NCBI GenBank assembly: GCA_965240325.2
Contig: OZ251223.1
Coordinates: forward strand, 2,976,001 to 3,040,000
From: Rebecca billardiae RCC1528
Lineage: Eukaryota; Protista; Haptophyta
DNA: 64,000 bases
Reading direction: 5' to 3'
The stretch's first letter is position 1. Each line of letters begins with the position of its first letter. The notes beneath the pieces are model-generated. The model worked only from the letters and a program-made list of their open reading frames with translations, did no database searches and was not told the origin of the DNA. This document shows, one piece after another, positions 11,271 through 22,976 of the stretch. A program made the translations under genes and the position numbers.

Positions 11271-12579
11271 CGCACCAAAGACCCGACGACCCGCCGCGAG
11301 CGGCAAGGGCGAGCGACTCACTACTTATAGTACCCCTATCATATTCTACCGAGATTCAGATTGCCGAACTATCTCGGGTAACCGTATCTTCCTTGGGAAG
11401 CCGGATAGAAGCCTCTCGCCGGTCCAGGAACGATGCAACGGAAGCAGCCCGGAGCTGGGTCCGGAGCTCCGGGCGCGGTGCACCGGGGCCCTCCCCGCGT
11501 CGCTCCGCCGCGCGCGAACGCGACGTAGGCCGCGAAGACGTTGAGGCGCGCGTGGCGCGTGGTGCGCCGAGCGAGAGCACACGTGCTCCCGCCCTCGACC
11601 GCCGCTCGCCACCCCATCCCACCCGCTTTCCTCAGCGCGGGCACCGTGCGACACCGGCGACGTGACTGAGCTCGCACGCGCCGGATGAGAAGCTGCACCC
11701 AGAGGCCGAGCTGCTCTCTAGCCCCTGGTGTGCTCGGTGGAAGGCGTCCGCATGCGTGCTCTGCGTCTTCCCGCGTTTGGTGGCCTGTCTCGAGGCGTCT
11801 TTCGACTGAGTCTCTGCAACACGGTTGCGTATGAATGACCGTGCGCGGCCGAGCGTATACTACCCAACGCAGCCTACGATGTTGGCTCCGGCATGACGCC
11901 CGCAACTTGTGCACAATCCTCGCCCCGGCCACGCGCCCGACTCGCGCCGCCAGTATCGCGCATCGCGCTCGTGGGGGCGGCTGACGCGTGGCCACAGCTG
12001 GCCATTGGCGCCGCGCACAGGTGCATGCTGGCCCGAGGCCCAGCGAAGGCGCCGGCGGTCACGGCGCGCGGCGTCAGAGGGTACTACATGCTGTCCAGCA
12101 GGCGCCTAAGCACGCGCGCTGTGTCCGCGGCCGCTGCCGCGGGCACAGGAGCACGCGGCGAGCGCACCCAGCGTGCCCTCCAGGCGGCTGCGGCCCTGGA
12201 GACTTGGCCGCCGCGACGCAAGGGCGCACGCGTTGATCGATCCCCAACCTGCGCTGACTCGCGGCAGTGGGAGTGCGTAGCCCTCGCCGCCCTTACCGCC
12301 CCTCCCCCCTCCTCTCCACACTGCGCTTCACGATTCCACACACCTCATTCGTCCAAGTTGATCGGTGGCCAGCCCTGGCGCCTAAACTGAGACCCGGATG
12401 GCGCGGTCATTGGAACTCGGTACAAGGTCGTCACCGGCTTGGCTCGCACGCAGCTCGCAGCATCTGCTACGCACTGGCACCTCGGTGGCACGCGCTGGTC
12501 ACCAACCTGATCGTCGCGCGATCCCATTCTGATTTCTCCAGGCGGGGCGGGGCGGGCCGGCGGCGGTCAATCCCCAGTT

Positions 12580-13267
12580 GTGGCTGAGTCAGTTTAAAAT
12601 CCCCTTTTTAGTGCAGGGGTCGCGATCCGAGTTAGCTAGCCTACCCGAAGCGCCTCGTCGAGAGGAGCACGTAGAGCCCAAGAACGTCGACGAAGGACGA
12701 AAAATGGGCGAGGAAATCCATTTTTTTGAATTTCTGAGAAGTTTGAGTCAGATTGGATCTGAGACGGCCGAGTCCAGCCTGAGCCGCGCAGCGCGCGGCA
12801 GCGCGCGCGCGCTGGGCCGGGGCGCCGGGGCGGCCAGCGCGTCAAGAGGTCACGGCGCAGCTAGAGACGCATGTCGCTGCCGCACCCACTGGCGCAGCTT
12901 GCTCAGTGCATCCTGTCAGGCCTGTAGGCAGCATGTCTGGCGCTTGTCGAGGCCGGCATCACTCGACGCCGATCACGTGAGCCGCTCCGTGCCGCGAGCC
13001 GAGCTGCTGCATGACTCACCTCGTCCAACATGCCGCATGTCGGCGGTGCTGCTCGCTACGATCACCTCCCTGCTGACTCGGCTGCGACCGAGCCCATCCA
13101 GTTGGCTCCGATCACCGCAGCTCGCCCACCGGGACGGCCGACCGCAGGCATGCTGGCAACCGCACGGGCGGCCCACTCTGAGTCAGCGGGTTTCGACTTT
13201 CTTTGGCCGGGCTTTGCGCGGAAAAAGTTTCCCTTCGCCGAAGGGGAATTTAAACTGACTCAGCCAC
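12580..13267. mobile_element. 688-bp non-autonomous TIR element with 4-bp TSD
   Basis: 27-bp TIR GTGGCTGAGTCAGTTTAAA(A/T)TCCCCTT, 1 mismatch; AGTT at 12576..12579 and 13268..13271. Confidence 0.85.
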
Positions 13268-13370
13268 AGTTCTTGACGACCACGTCGTCGTCGTCGTCGT
13301 CTCGGAGAATATCCGTTCGCGCTGGCGACTCTGCAAAGATATTCTCATATTCATTGGCCGACGGCAGCGA

Positions 13371-15587
13371 ATGTCGGCCACCGTCCTCGCGGGCTCGAGC
13401 AGCAGCGGCGCATCCGGGATCGCTGCGGCCTCTGCCACCCGTCAGGAGAGGGCACTGAGCGACGGCGAGATGCAGCCGATCGCCGCGCAGACCGAGGGCG
13501 CGCTGCGCCGCGCGCACGGCGGCGGCGGCGATGTGCAGCCGCTCTCCCACCCGCACCCGCTGCCTGAGGAGCCGCTGCGCCGGGCGCTGGCGCTGACCGC
13601 GCGGCGGGTGCCCATCGCGCAGTGGCTGCCCAAATACTCGCGGGTCGACGCGTACGGCGATGTGCTGGGCGGCCTCACCGTCTCGGTCGTCCTCATCCCG
13701 CAGGCCATCGCCTACGCGCTGCTCGTCGAGATCTCGCCCGTGCATGGGCTGTACACGTCGTTCATGCCGCTGATCGTGCACGCGGTGTTCACGACGTCGC
13801 GGCAGATGTGCATCGGCCCGTTCGCTCTCGTGTCACTCGTCGTGGCCTCCATCGTCTCCGACATCGTCCCGCGGCCGGAGGGCGAGCTCAGCCCGGACGC
13901 GCTCGCCGCGTACAAGCGCGCGTACCTCGACGCAGTCCTCTTCCTCAGCGTGATCTCGGGGCTGATCCAGGTGGCGATGGGCTCGGCGGGGCTCGGGATC
14001 ATCTCGTCGTTCCTCGCCGATCCGTGCATCAAGGGCTTCACCACGGCCGTCGCCCTCATCATCATGGCGTCGCAGCTCAAGTACCTCCTCGGCGTCAACA
14101 TCCCGCGCGCAAGCCTGCCCGAGACGCTCTATCTGGCCGCCGAGATTCTCGTCACGGGCAAGACGAGGTGGTGGGCGGTGCTGGTGACGGTGGCGAGCTT
14201 CGCGCTGATGTACGCGATGAAGAACGGCGGCCGCCGCTTCTGCCCCAAGGTGCCGCTCTTCGAGCAGCTCGTCGCCGTCATCGCGTTCACGCTGCTGATG
14301 TACCTGGTGCCGTGGCTCGAGGAGCAGGGCGTGCGCGTGATCGGCGAGCTCCCGGCCGGCCCGCCTCCGGTGCGGGTGCCGCCGTTCCCAGCGACGATGC
14401 AGATGCTGGGCAGGTTCGTGCAGGGCGGCGCGGTGTGCGCTTTCACCTCCTTCCTCGTCTCCATGTCCATGGCGCGCGTCTTCGCCACGAAGCACGGGTA
14501 CGCGGTCGACGCGAACCAGGAGCTGGTCGCGCTCGGCATGGCCAACATTGTGGGCGGCATGTTCGGCGCGTACCCCGTGTCGGGCTCGTTCTCACGCACG
14601 GCGGTGCTGTCCTCGCTGGGCGGTCGCACGCCGATCCACGGGTGGGTGCAGGCCGGCATCATCCTGCTCGTACTCATCGCGCTCACCCCGCTCTTCCGCA
14701 CGCTGCCATTCGCTGTGCTGGCGGCCATCATCTTCACCGCGCTGCAGTCGCTTGTCGAGTTCTCGTCCGCGCGCGCGCTCTGGCGCTCGAGCCGCCCGGA
14801 CTTTGTGCTGTGGGTGGTCGCATTCGTCGCGACCGCGGTCTTCGACGTGCAGATCGGGCTGCTCCTCAGCATCGCCGCATCGCTCGGCACCCTCGTCTGG
14901 CGCACCTCGCGCCCGCGCTGGCTCGTCCTCGGCCGGCTGCCCGGCACGGACGTGTTCCGCGACGTGACGCGCTACCCGAGCGCGCGCCGCATCGAGGGCG
15001 TGCTCATCTTCCGCTTCGACGCGCCGCTGCACTTCGCCAACGCGGAGTACTTCGACACGAGCCTGCGCACGCGCGTCGAGGCGATGGATGTCGCCGAGGA
15101 GGCTCTCACGCACGTCGTGCTCGACTGCTCGTCCATCCACACGCTCGACTCGAGCGCGCACACCGTGCTGCGCAAGCTGATCACCGACATGCACAAGCGC
15201 AACGTCGCCTTCCTCATCGCCAACTCGCGCGCCCCGTTTCGCGAGGCACTCGTCAAGTACGGCACGTACGACGAGCTCATCGGCGAGGACAACATGTTCC
15301 TCTCCGTGCTCGCCGCTGTCGAGACCGGCTGCGCGCGGCCGCTGCAGCTGCCCGAGCCCGCCGCAGACGGCGGCGGAGGAGGGAGCTCGCACGCGCGCCG
15401 CAGCGGCGCGAGCGCCGCCACCGCCGGCACGGCGGGGATCGAGGAGGGAGACGAGCTCGAGACGCACGACGTTGGCGTCGCACCGGGCCAGTACGCTGGC
15501 GGCGCACCCGTGCCGCTCAGCAGGATCTACGTCGATCCTAGTGGGCAGCAGCGCCCCGTCGCCGAGATGCGGTCGGCACGGGAGTGA
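13371..15587 (+). CDS. SLC26/SulP anion (sulfate/bicarbonate) transporter with STAS domain
   Basis: DVLGGLTVSVVLIPQAIAYA, GLYTSF, GPFA, NQELVALGMAN, GSFSRTAV; STAS FRFDAPLHFAN..VVLDCSSI. Confidence 0.95.
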   Translation: MSATVLAGSSSSGASGIAAASATRQERALSDGEMQPIAAQTEGALRRAHGGGGDVQPLSHPHPLPEEPLRRALALTARRVPIAQWLPKYSRVDAYGDVLGGLTVSVVLIPQAIAYALLVEISPVHGLYTSFMPLIVHAVFTTSRQMCIGPFALVSLVVASIVSDIVPRPEGELSPDALAAYKRAYLDAVLFLSVISGLIQVAMGSAGLGIISSFLADPCIKGFTTAVALIIMASQLKYLLGVNIPRASLPETLYLAAEILVTGKTRWWAVLVTVASFALMYAMKNGGRRFCPKVPLFEQLVAVIAFTLLMYLVPWLEEQGVRVIGELPAGPPPVRVPPFPATMQMLGRFVQGGAVCAFTSFLVSMSMARVFATKHGYAVDANQELVALGMANIVGGMFGAYPVSGSFSRTAVLSSLGGRTPIHGWVQAGIILLVLIALTPLFRTLPFAVLAAIIFTALQSLVEFSSARALWRSSRPDFVLWVVAFVATAVFDVQIGLLLSIAASLGTLVWRTSRPRWLVLGRLPGTDVFRDVTRYPSARRIEGVLIFRFDAPLHFANAEYFDTSLRTRVEAMDVAEEALTHVVLDCSSIHTLDSSAHTVLRKLITDMHKRNVAFLIANSRAPFREALVKYGTYDELIGEDNMFLSVLAAVETGCARPLQLPEPAADGGGGGSSHARRSGASAATAGTAGIEEGDELETHDVGVAPGQYAGGAPVPLSRIYVDPSGQQRPVAEMRSARE

Positions 15588-16543
15588 ATTCGCGCGCCTG
15601 CTCGAATCTCTGATCTGACAGTGAATCGACTAATTAAGTACTACTATTGTAGCAGTAATACTACAGCGCCTCACTACCGCAGCAAATACTACTGCGCGCC
15701 TCGGCCAGTGAATGATCCCGGATGGTGAGAGTACTTCATTTCCGCCGACTCAGATGACTGAACTATAACACGACGCACACGCTGCGGCCTCCGAGTTATT
15801 ATGGCGCACGGCCCCCCCCGAAAGGTCTGAGCGTGAGCGAAAGCCGGCGGGGGGGGCGGGGCGGCGCACGTGCTCCGCAAAATCAAAAAGAGGATGCGCG
15901 CAGGATTTTGGGGATTTTTGTAGGTTGATTCAGATGTGACCGAACCCCTGTTGGACGCATTTCGCTGCCAATGATTGCGTTTGTAGTGGATGCTAATTTT
16001 AACGATAGTAACACTTAGGGGAATGCAGGGTGGATTAGCACATAACACCAGCCGTGTGTTCGAACATTCAAATACATTCCGTCATAGTAAGATGCCTGAA
16101 TTGTAAGAGCCTGAAACAGCTCGCCAACCATAGAAACGATAGGTTGGGTCGGCTTTGATTCACGCGCTTCTGAAAAACAGCGTTTTAGATTAGACGCATC
16201 CCTCTCCTCTTAAGAGAACTGCGCTTCAAAAACACCGTTTCAACGAAAGACGATCGCCCGCCATTCAACTGAAACGAGATTCTGCATAAAGCGAACCAAA
16301 CATTTGGTTCGGTGGCAATCCAATTATTCTTGTATTTCAGATGAACGACACAGCCTGAAGGCGAACATTCTCGCTCTCGACCCATATGATCATTTGTTGA
16401 TGAGGCCTGAATTCGCTCATCAACAATGATGGCCGGGCCTGAAAACCTCATGAGCTGAGAATTTCTACCGCTTCACGTACGACCCTTCTGGATTCTCCTC
16501 TATTGACTAATAAGTCATAAGAGTTCTCTACTTCTCTTCGAAA

Positions 16544-17932
16544 ATGGGTGTACGCGGGCAGAGGCCGCTCGAGCGACTTCGTGTCAGTCAGTCAGGCGAG
16601 GCAGATCGCGCCAGTCAGCGAGGCGAGGCAGACGCTCGCCTGCCTCGCGCGCCCGCCTCGCGGCGCCCAGGGCGCCCCCGGTACGCGCGGACATCGGCTT
16701 GCCGAGGCGGCCCGTGGACGCTCACCGCGCGTCCCTTCTCTCCCGGCCCGGCACCGTCTCCGCCCGCCTCGCCGCGCTCGCGCGCGCAAGCGCTAGGCAT
16801 GGACGACGCCAGCGGGCGACGGCGACGCCTCGCTGCCGCCCGATCCGCCGCGGTCGCGACCGCCGCCCGAGCCGAGAGAAGGCGCTGGCGGGTTCGATGA
16901 CGCACTCGCATCCGTCGCGCTCGACGCGGACGTCGACTTTGCCGCGATGGGCGCCGTCCTGGACGCGCCGCTGGCGGCGCGCGGCATCGGCGGCGCGATG
17001 GCGGCGCCGATGCGAGACGGCGGCTGTGCGGCCGGAGGACGACGTGGCGGCGACATTCGAATTTGATCATGGACTGTACATCATGGACTGTACGCTATGC
17101 CGAACGGGCGCGCACGAGCGGCGACAAGAAGCTGCACCTGCGCACAGACGAGGGCGGGAGCGCGCGCGCACACGCGCGCGTGCCGATGGAGTACGACGAC
17201 CCGTCCTTCACGAAGCCGGCGACGCGGCGGAGGGCGTGGTTCGCGGCGGTCGCGCCGCTCGTGTCCGAGACGCAACAGTTGTGCGTCACCGCGAAGCTCA
17301 AGCTGCTGCGGCTTTCCAAGCACGCCTACTGGTGGGGCGGCGCCGGCCAGCAGGCGCTTGTCGACGAGCTCGAGCTGCGATCGGCGTGGCATCTCGGCAC
17401 GCGGCGCGTCGAACTGGACGCGGGCGCGCTGGCGACGTTTGAAGTGCTGCCGCTTCCGCTGTGCGCGCCATGTGGCGCAGATCAAGGTGACGGGCGCAGC
17501 CGACGCGGCCGCGGCCGTGAGGACGCTGACCGCGCAGGACGTCGCGGTGACCGACTTCATGGGCGTGCACGCGGCCGACTTCCACATGCCGTGCGACGCC
17601 TTCGTGAGCCGCGTGCTGCCGGTGTCGGTGAGCCGGGCGGCGGAGATACGGCGGCGCATCGCCGTTTCGCCCACCATCAGCAAGGCGGGCCCCCGCATCC
17701 ACAAGCGCGTGGCCAAGCATCGAGCACCGACGCCGCGCGCAGGCGCGCGCAGCTGAAGCGCGCGCTCGCTCACCTCACGAGCCCGAGCCCGTCGGGCAGC
17801 CACCTCCTCACCGTATCGGACCGTAAAGCTCGGCATCAACACGGTGCCGAACCAGCTCGTCAAGCACCTGCGCGCGATGCCCAGGGCCGTGCGCCCTCAA
17901 CTTCGTTGTTTACTACCCGAAGATCGGCGTAG
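16544..17932 (+). pseudogene. Frameshifted gene remnant of unknown family
   Basis: Coding-like segments in changing frames (FDDALASVALDAD; EYDDPSFTKPATRRRAWF..HAYWWGG; QIKVTG..DFMGVH); exact 14-bp duplication ATCATGGACTGTAC at 17066..17093. Confidence 0.5.
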
Positions 17933-18320
17933 CCGATCATTATATTAGTGAGTTTTTCATTAGGAACTGAAAACAATAATACATCACCGCACTGGAGGCG
18001 GCGGTAAGCTACTATTTATCCGATTCAGGCATTTCAGCTGATGATATCACTTGATGACCGTCGGCGTCGACTGGTTTGTGGCATCTGATGAGTTACGGGT
18101 CGTTAATTAGTCAGCAGATTACTCAATTTGTTTAATGGCGGCTTACGGGTTAATGCGCTCTACTAGTGGAGTCTCTAGTCTCTGTGAGTGTGTTACTGTG
18201 ACTGTGACGTCTGTGTACACCGGTGCATACATATATCTATCTAGCTGGGGCCGCGTACGCTGATCCGACGGCCGACCGCTGGCGACCGCCGTGCCCGTGT
18301 AAATTAGTACGTCTGAATAG

Positions 18321-18729
18321 TGCTAACCGCGTTTTCGCCGAGTACTTAACCACTCGGACACGCAAAAGTGCCTCCCAAGACGCGCTTCCTTCCGGCGGGT
18401 TTATTGTTTCTTTAGCCAGTGGTGTTCTTCGTTCACCAGGGTTCCGACGGGCCGCGGGCCATCCGCCGTCCCGCGCTCTCACTCATGAGCCTTTCAGGGA
18501 CGGATCTTCACCCCGTTCATCAGCGGGAGTGAAGAAGAAGCGCACTTTCGAAAGGCGAAAGAGCGTTGCGCAACCGGAGTGAACCGCGCTCCGACTGTAT
18601 GCTAACTTTTGCTCCGAGCTAGTACTTAACCACTCGGACACGCAAAAGTTCCCACGACGCGTCGTAGGGCCAACTTTTTTTTGCGTGCTGTCCGAGTGGT
18701 TAAGTAGCTACTCGGCGCAAACGTTAGCA
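18321..18729. mobile_element. Degraded TIR element with two left-end copies and one inverted right end
   Basis: TGCTAAC..AGTACTTAACCACTCGGACACGCAAAAG at 18321 and 18600; inverted copy at ~18676..18729. Confidence 0.7.
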
Positions 18730-19760
18730 GAATACCGTAGTAGTTACTGAAGCTAACGTGGCTCTGGTTTCGGTTGACTCCTGCCAGAGACGGGCACTGT
18801 GAGCTCCTTCATGAAGTCACTCGTGAAAATCAACTGCACAGGAGGACATCAATGCCAATGGAGGCCTAGATCAGTAGATGATGACTTCAGAGCGATATAT
18901 TGGGCCAACAAGCACTTCCTCTATAGTTCAGACTCTATTTTTACTATGCATATTTACCCATTTCAGACCCTGGCCAGAACACGGTCCGGGAGCGATCCAG
19001 ATGCACCTGTAGCAATTGGAAATGTGTCACCGGACTGGGTAAATAGCAGCCATGAAAATAGACGGTCTGAAGTAGCAGTCACAAAGTGATTTTCACACCC
19101 TGGGCACTTATTGGCCGTCCATAGCAACCCCACTTGGGGCCCTGTGGGACACTTCGGGCGTTCATTCGGCCGCACGCAGGAATGCGATATCGATATGATG
19201 ATCATTTTCGGTACGCCCGGTTTTTATGACCGGACTGGCCGCAGGGCGGTCCCGGATGACGTAACTGCTAGTGACCGGGCGGAGCCAGAGTCCTAGTATT
19301 ATATATAATAAATAATAATAATCAATTGATTGATCGATATGGTATATATATCATCGTCTGATGAGTACCGTGGACGGGTGCGACGCCACTTGATCAGTCA
19401 AACGGCTCACATGCTGCTCGCAGTGCCCGCCCTCCGCGCCCGCGGGCCTCGCCGGGACCCTGTCCGGCTGTCCGACTCGCGGACGGCGGAGCCACTCCGT
19501 ACAGTAGTCGGGTCGAATTTCGTAGGGCAGAGTCACCGGCAAGCAACACTGTTCAAAGGCACACAGTGCTAGACCGGCGCCGTGCGCGCTGAGCCTGACT
19601 GCATCACTGCTCAGCAGAGCTGATTCAGGCCAACCGCCGGGCCCGGCGTCGGCGCGGCTCAGTGGGCGGCGAGCCAGCCACTCAGCCAGCCACTGCGGGC
19701 GTAGTAGAGGGGGCGCAGAATGTGCACGTTGCCCGCGGATGAGCTACGGGCACATCGGGA

Positions 19761-20438
19761 TCACAGAAGAAAGTAGGGAAGGTTGAATGCACCCAAGTCT
19801 TTCTCCATGACCACGAGTGGTGCCGGCATCCAGCGCACACCTGCGCCAAAGGGCCCAGCAGTGGCGATCGGGATCTCTGACTCCTGCTCAACGAGTGTAA
19901 CGCGGTATCCCAAGCGCTTGTATAGCCGGATTGCAGGCTCGTTCGCCTCCTCGACCTTCAAGTACAGCCGCTTCTCGCCCCAGCCACGCACGATGTCCTC
20001 AACCTTGGCGACGAGGCTCCTGCCCACCCCACGGCCGCGCAATGATGGGTCCACGACAAGGTTTGCCAGCACTGGGACGTCGCCCACTGTGACGAGCGGC
20101 TGCTTCTCGAGCGTTACGCCACAGGTGCCCAGCACGACTCCATCCTCATCACACGCGACGACTAGAGCGTTTTTCTTGGCGTTAGCGCGGCTGTAGCGCG
20201 AGACCAGGTTGTCGTAAAGAGTCGAGCTCAGCGCCTGCTCTGCAGCCGGTGTCGCGGGCTTCTGGACAAAGAGGTGCTGGGCACAGAGGCGAGAGACTGG
20301 GGCGAGCACGGACTCGCCGCGAGCCGGCTGAAGCATCCGCCCCTGCGCCACCTGGATGCGGACCCTCGACGCCACGCTCGCACCAGCCACGCCCAAAAGG
20401 GCCAGCGCGCAGAGCTGTAGTCGGAGTCGTGTCGCCAT
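19761..20438 (-). CDS. GNAT acetyltransferase (RimI-like) with signal peptide
   Basis: LANLVVDPSLRGRGVGRSLV, LYLKVEEANEPAIRLYKRLGY; ATG 20438 followed by MATRLRLQLCALALLGVAGA. Confidence 0.9.
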   Translation of the reverse strand: MATRLRLQLCALALLGVAGASVASRVRIQVAQGRMLQPARGESVLAPVSRLCAQHLFVQKPATPAAEQALSSTLYDNLVSRYSRANAKKNALVVACDEDGVVLGTCGVTLEKQPLVTVGDVPVLANLVVDPSLRGRGVGRSLVAKVEDIVRGWGEKRLYLKVEEANEPAIRLYKRLGYRVTLVEQESEIPIATAGPFGAGVRWMPAPLVVMEKDLGAFNLPYFLL

Positions 20439-20527
20439 TACTACTCGTATCACGAGTCCGCATCTCCTTGGTGAGTCCTTGCAAGAGCCCTTGGTCCTTT
20501 GCTGCTGCGGGCTTGGAGCGGCCGGAA

Positions 20528-22976
20528 GAGTCCACTCCACCGAAATCCGTCGCGTACCGGCCTTCGCCCGCACTGGGCGTACCGGCCTCTGCCCGGTACG
20601 CTCCAGGGCGTACCGGGCAGCGCGCCTGCCCGGGAGATCATAGCGATTTGGCGCGAGATCATAGCAAACGCCGCCTGCCGCCCTCGCGCGCTGTCTCGCG
20701 CCCGGCGCGGTCCGCGGCGCCGATCACGGGCCGTCGCGAGCGCTCGCGCAGCGGCGCTTGGGTGGACCGAACCCGCGCGCGCCGCGGAACCGCGCGTGTG
20801 CGCCCTCCTCCGCCGCCGCGGGCCGCCGGACTGCCGGCGACGCCCTGTTTGGCTGCAGCATCGCAAGCGCGGTCGCGTGGCGAGCCGATACCGATGCTTT
20901 CAGCGCGGCGCGTGCTCGTGCGAGGTAGTTCATGGCATATGCCCGGCCACCGACAAGCGCCGCGCTCGGCTCGCGACCCGGACCGGCCACGCGCTGCGCG
21001 CGCAAAGCTGACCGCTGCTCAGATGCTGCGGCTGGTGCCTCATCACTCGCCGCCGCGTCGCGCCACGCGCGCGTGGCGCAGACGAGGGCGCGCGTGCGCT
21101 CCGCAGCTGCAGCGCATGTGTTGCTTCGCCCTCTCCGCCCGCGGTGCTGCCGCCGCGGCAGCTCAGCCTTCGCGGCCGCGCCGTGCCCGACTGGGCGGGT
21201 CGGATAGCCATCTGCCACGCCTACGCCGGGCAGTCCGCCGCGCGTGAGCGCGGACCGATGAGCGCAAGCGCTTGGCCAGCCCAGAGCGCGCACGCGGCTG
21301 GGCATGCGAGCGGTGCTCGTCTCCGACCCAGGCACGCGTGTCTGCCTTACCGCGTCCTACCGCGTACTCAACACGTATGGAGCGCTCGGTGGAACTTCAG
21401 CCAGGAGCAGCGCGAAGCATCACCGGTCGACACCGGCACTCGGCACGGGGGACCAGCAGCCATCGCAGCGTTCACGGGCCCGACGAGGGGCCCTTGGAGC
21501 CAGCTCTGAGGGACCATGCGGTGGCCGGGCACACACGTGCCCACGTCCGCAGCTGGCGCGCAGCTCCAGCGCTCATTCACCGCCTGTAGAACTCTACCCG
21601 GTCGGCAGCAAACCACCGACGTTGGCAGCATGCGAGGAGGAGGTGCGGTGCGTGTCCGCGGCTGGCGGGAAGCGTCCGGGCCGTGACATTCTCGGCCAGG
21701 CCACGCGCTTCCCGCCGCTGCGGGCCCCGTGTACGCCCATCGTCGCCCTCGTCGCGTGGGCGCAACATCGGGCTGACGTTTCACCGTGTGCTCCATGCGT
21801 GCGCATCAGCTGCGGCATCGAGCACCGTCCCGCGCACGCCTGCTGAGCACCGCCTGACTGAGCCATGCATGCAGCTCTCCAGTGGGGTGTTGTCATACCG
21901 AGCTAGGTTGAGCATGCACAGTGCATGCTATGGGTTTCCCGAGAGTCGCCTCGATGTTCATAAGTGCCGATCAAACGATCAGGCCAGTGAGGTACAGATC
22001 ACACGCCGTGTAGCCACGCCCGACGATAGCACGCGGACAGAGTACACTCTCCCAGTCGGAACAAGCGGCCCAGTGGCACTGATGTCGTTCCTCACATTGC
22101 GCGGGACGGTGCTCGGTGCCGCAGCCGATGCGCGCTTACGTGTTGAGTACGCGGTAAGGCAGACACGCGTGCCTGGGTCGGAGACGAGCACCGCTCGCAT
22201 GCCCAGCCGCGTGCGCGCTCTGGGCTGGCCAAGCGCTTGCGCTCATCGGTCCGCGCTCACGCGCGGCGGACTGCCCGGCGTAGGCGTGGCAGATGGCTAT
22301 CCGACCCGCCCAGTCGGGCACGGCGCGGCCGCGAAGGCTGAGCTGCCGCGGCGGCAGCACCGCGGGCGGAGAGGGCGAAGCAACACATGCGCTGCAGCTG
22401 CGGAGCGCACGCGCGCCCTCGTCTGCGCCACGCGCGCGTGGCGCGACGCGGCGGCGAGTGATGAGGCACCAGCCGCAGCATCTGAGCAGCGGTCAGCTTT
22501 GCGCGCGCAGCGCGTGGCCGGTCCGGGTCGCGAGCCGAGCGCGGCGCTTGTCGGTGGCCGGGCATATGCCATGAACTACCTCGCACGAGCACGCGCCGCG
22601 CTGAAAGCATCGGTATCGGCTCGCCACGCGACCGCGCTTGCGATGCTGCAGCCAAACAGGGCGTCGCCGGCAGTCCGGCGGCCCGCGGCGGCGGAGGAGG
22701 GCGCACACGCGCGGTTCCGCGGCGCGCGCGGGTTCGGTCCACCCAAGCGCCGCTGCGCGAGCGCTCGCGACGGCCCGTGATCGGCGCCGCGGACCGCGCC
22801 GGGCGCGAGACAGCGCGCGAGGGCGGCAGGCGGCGTTTGCTATGATCTCGCGCCAAATCGCTATGATCTCCCGGGCAGGCGCGCTGCCCGGTACGCCCTG
22901 GAGCGTACCGGGCAGAGGCCGGTACGCCCAGTGCGGGCGAAGGCCGGTACGCGACGGATTTCGGTGGAGTGGACTC
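20528..22976. mobile_element. Long-TIR foldback element 1 (2449 bp)
   Basis: Arms 20528..21377 and 22137..22976 are reverse complements except a 10-bp duplication; termini GAGTCCACTCCACCGAAATC; 5-bp TSD CGGAA at 20523..20527 and 22977..22981. Confidence 0.93.
21378..21795. mobile_element. MITE nested in foldback element 1
   Basis: TGGAGCGCTCGGTGGAACTTCAGCC vs reverse complement of the right end TGGAGCACACGGTGAAACGTCAGCC; host arm homology resumes after it (21799..21836 vs 22098..22135). Confidence 0.75.

Noticed and set aside
20724-22780. Duplicated ORFs in the foldback arms (203, 365, 332 aa)
   Set aside because: R/A/P/G-rich shadow ORFs mirrored only because of the inverted repeat; no recognisable domain.
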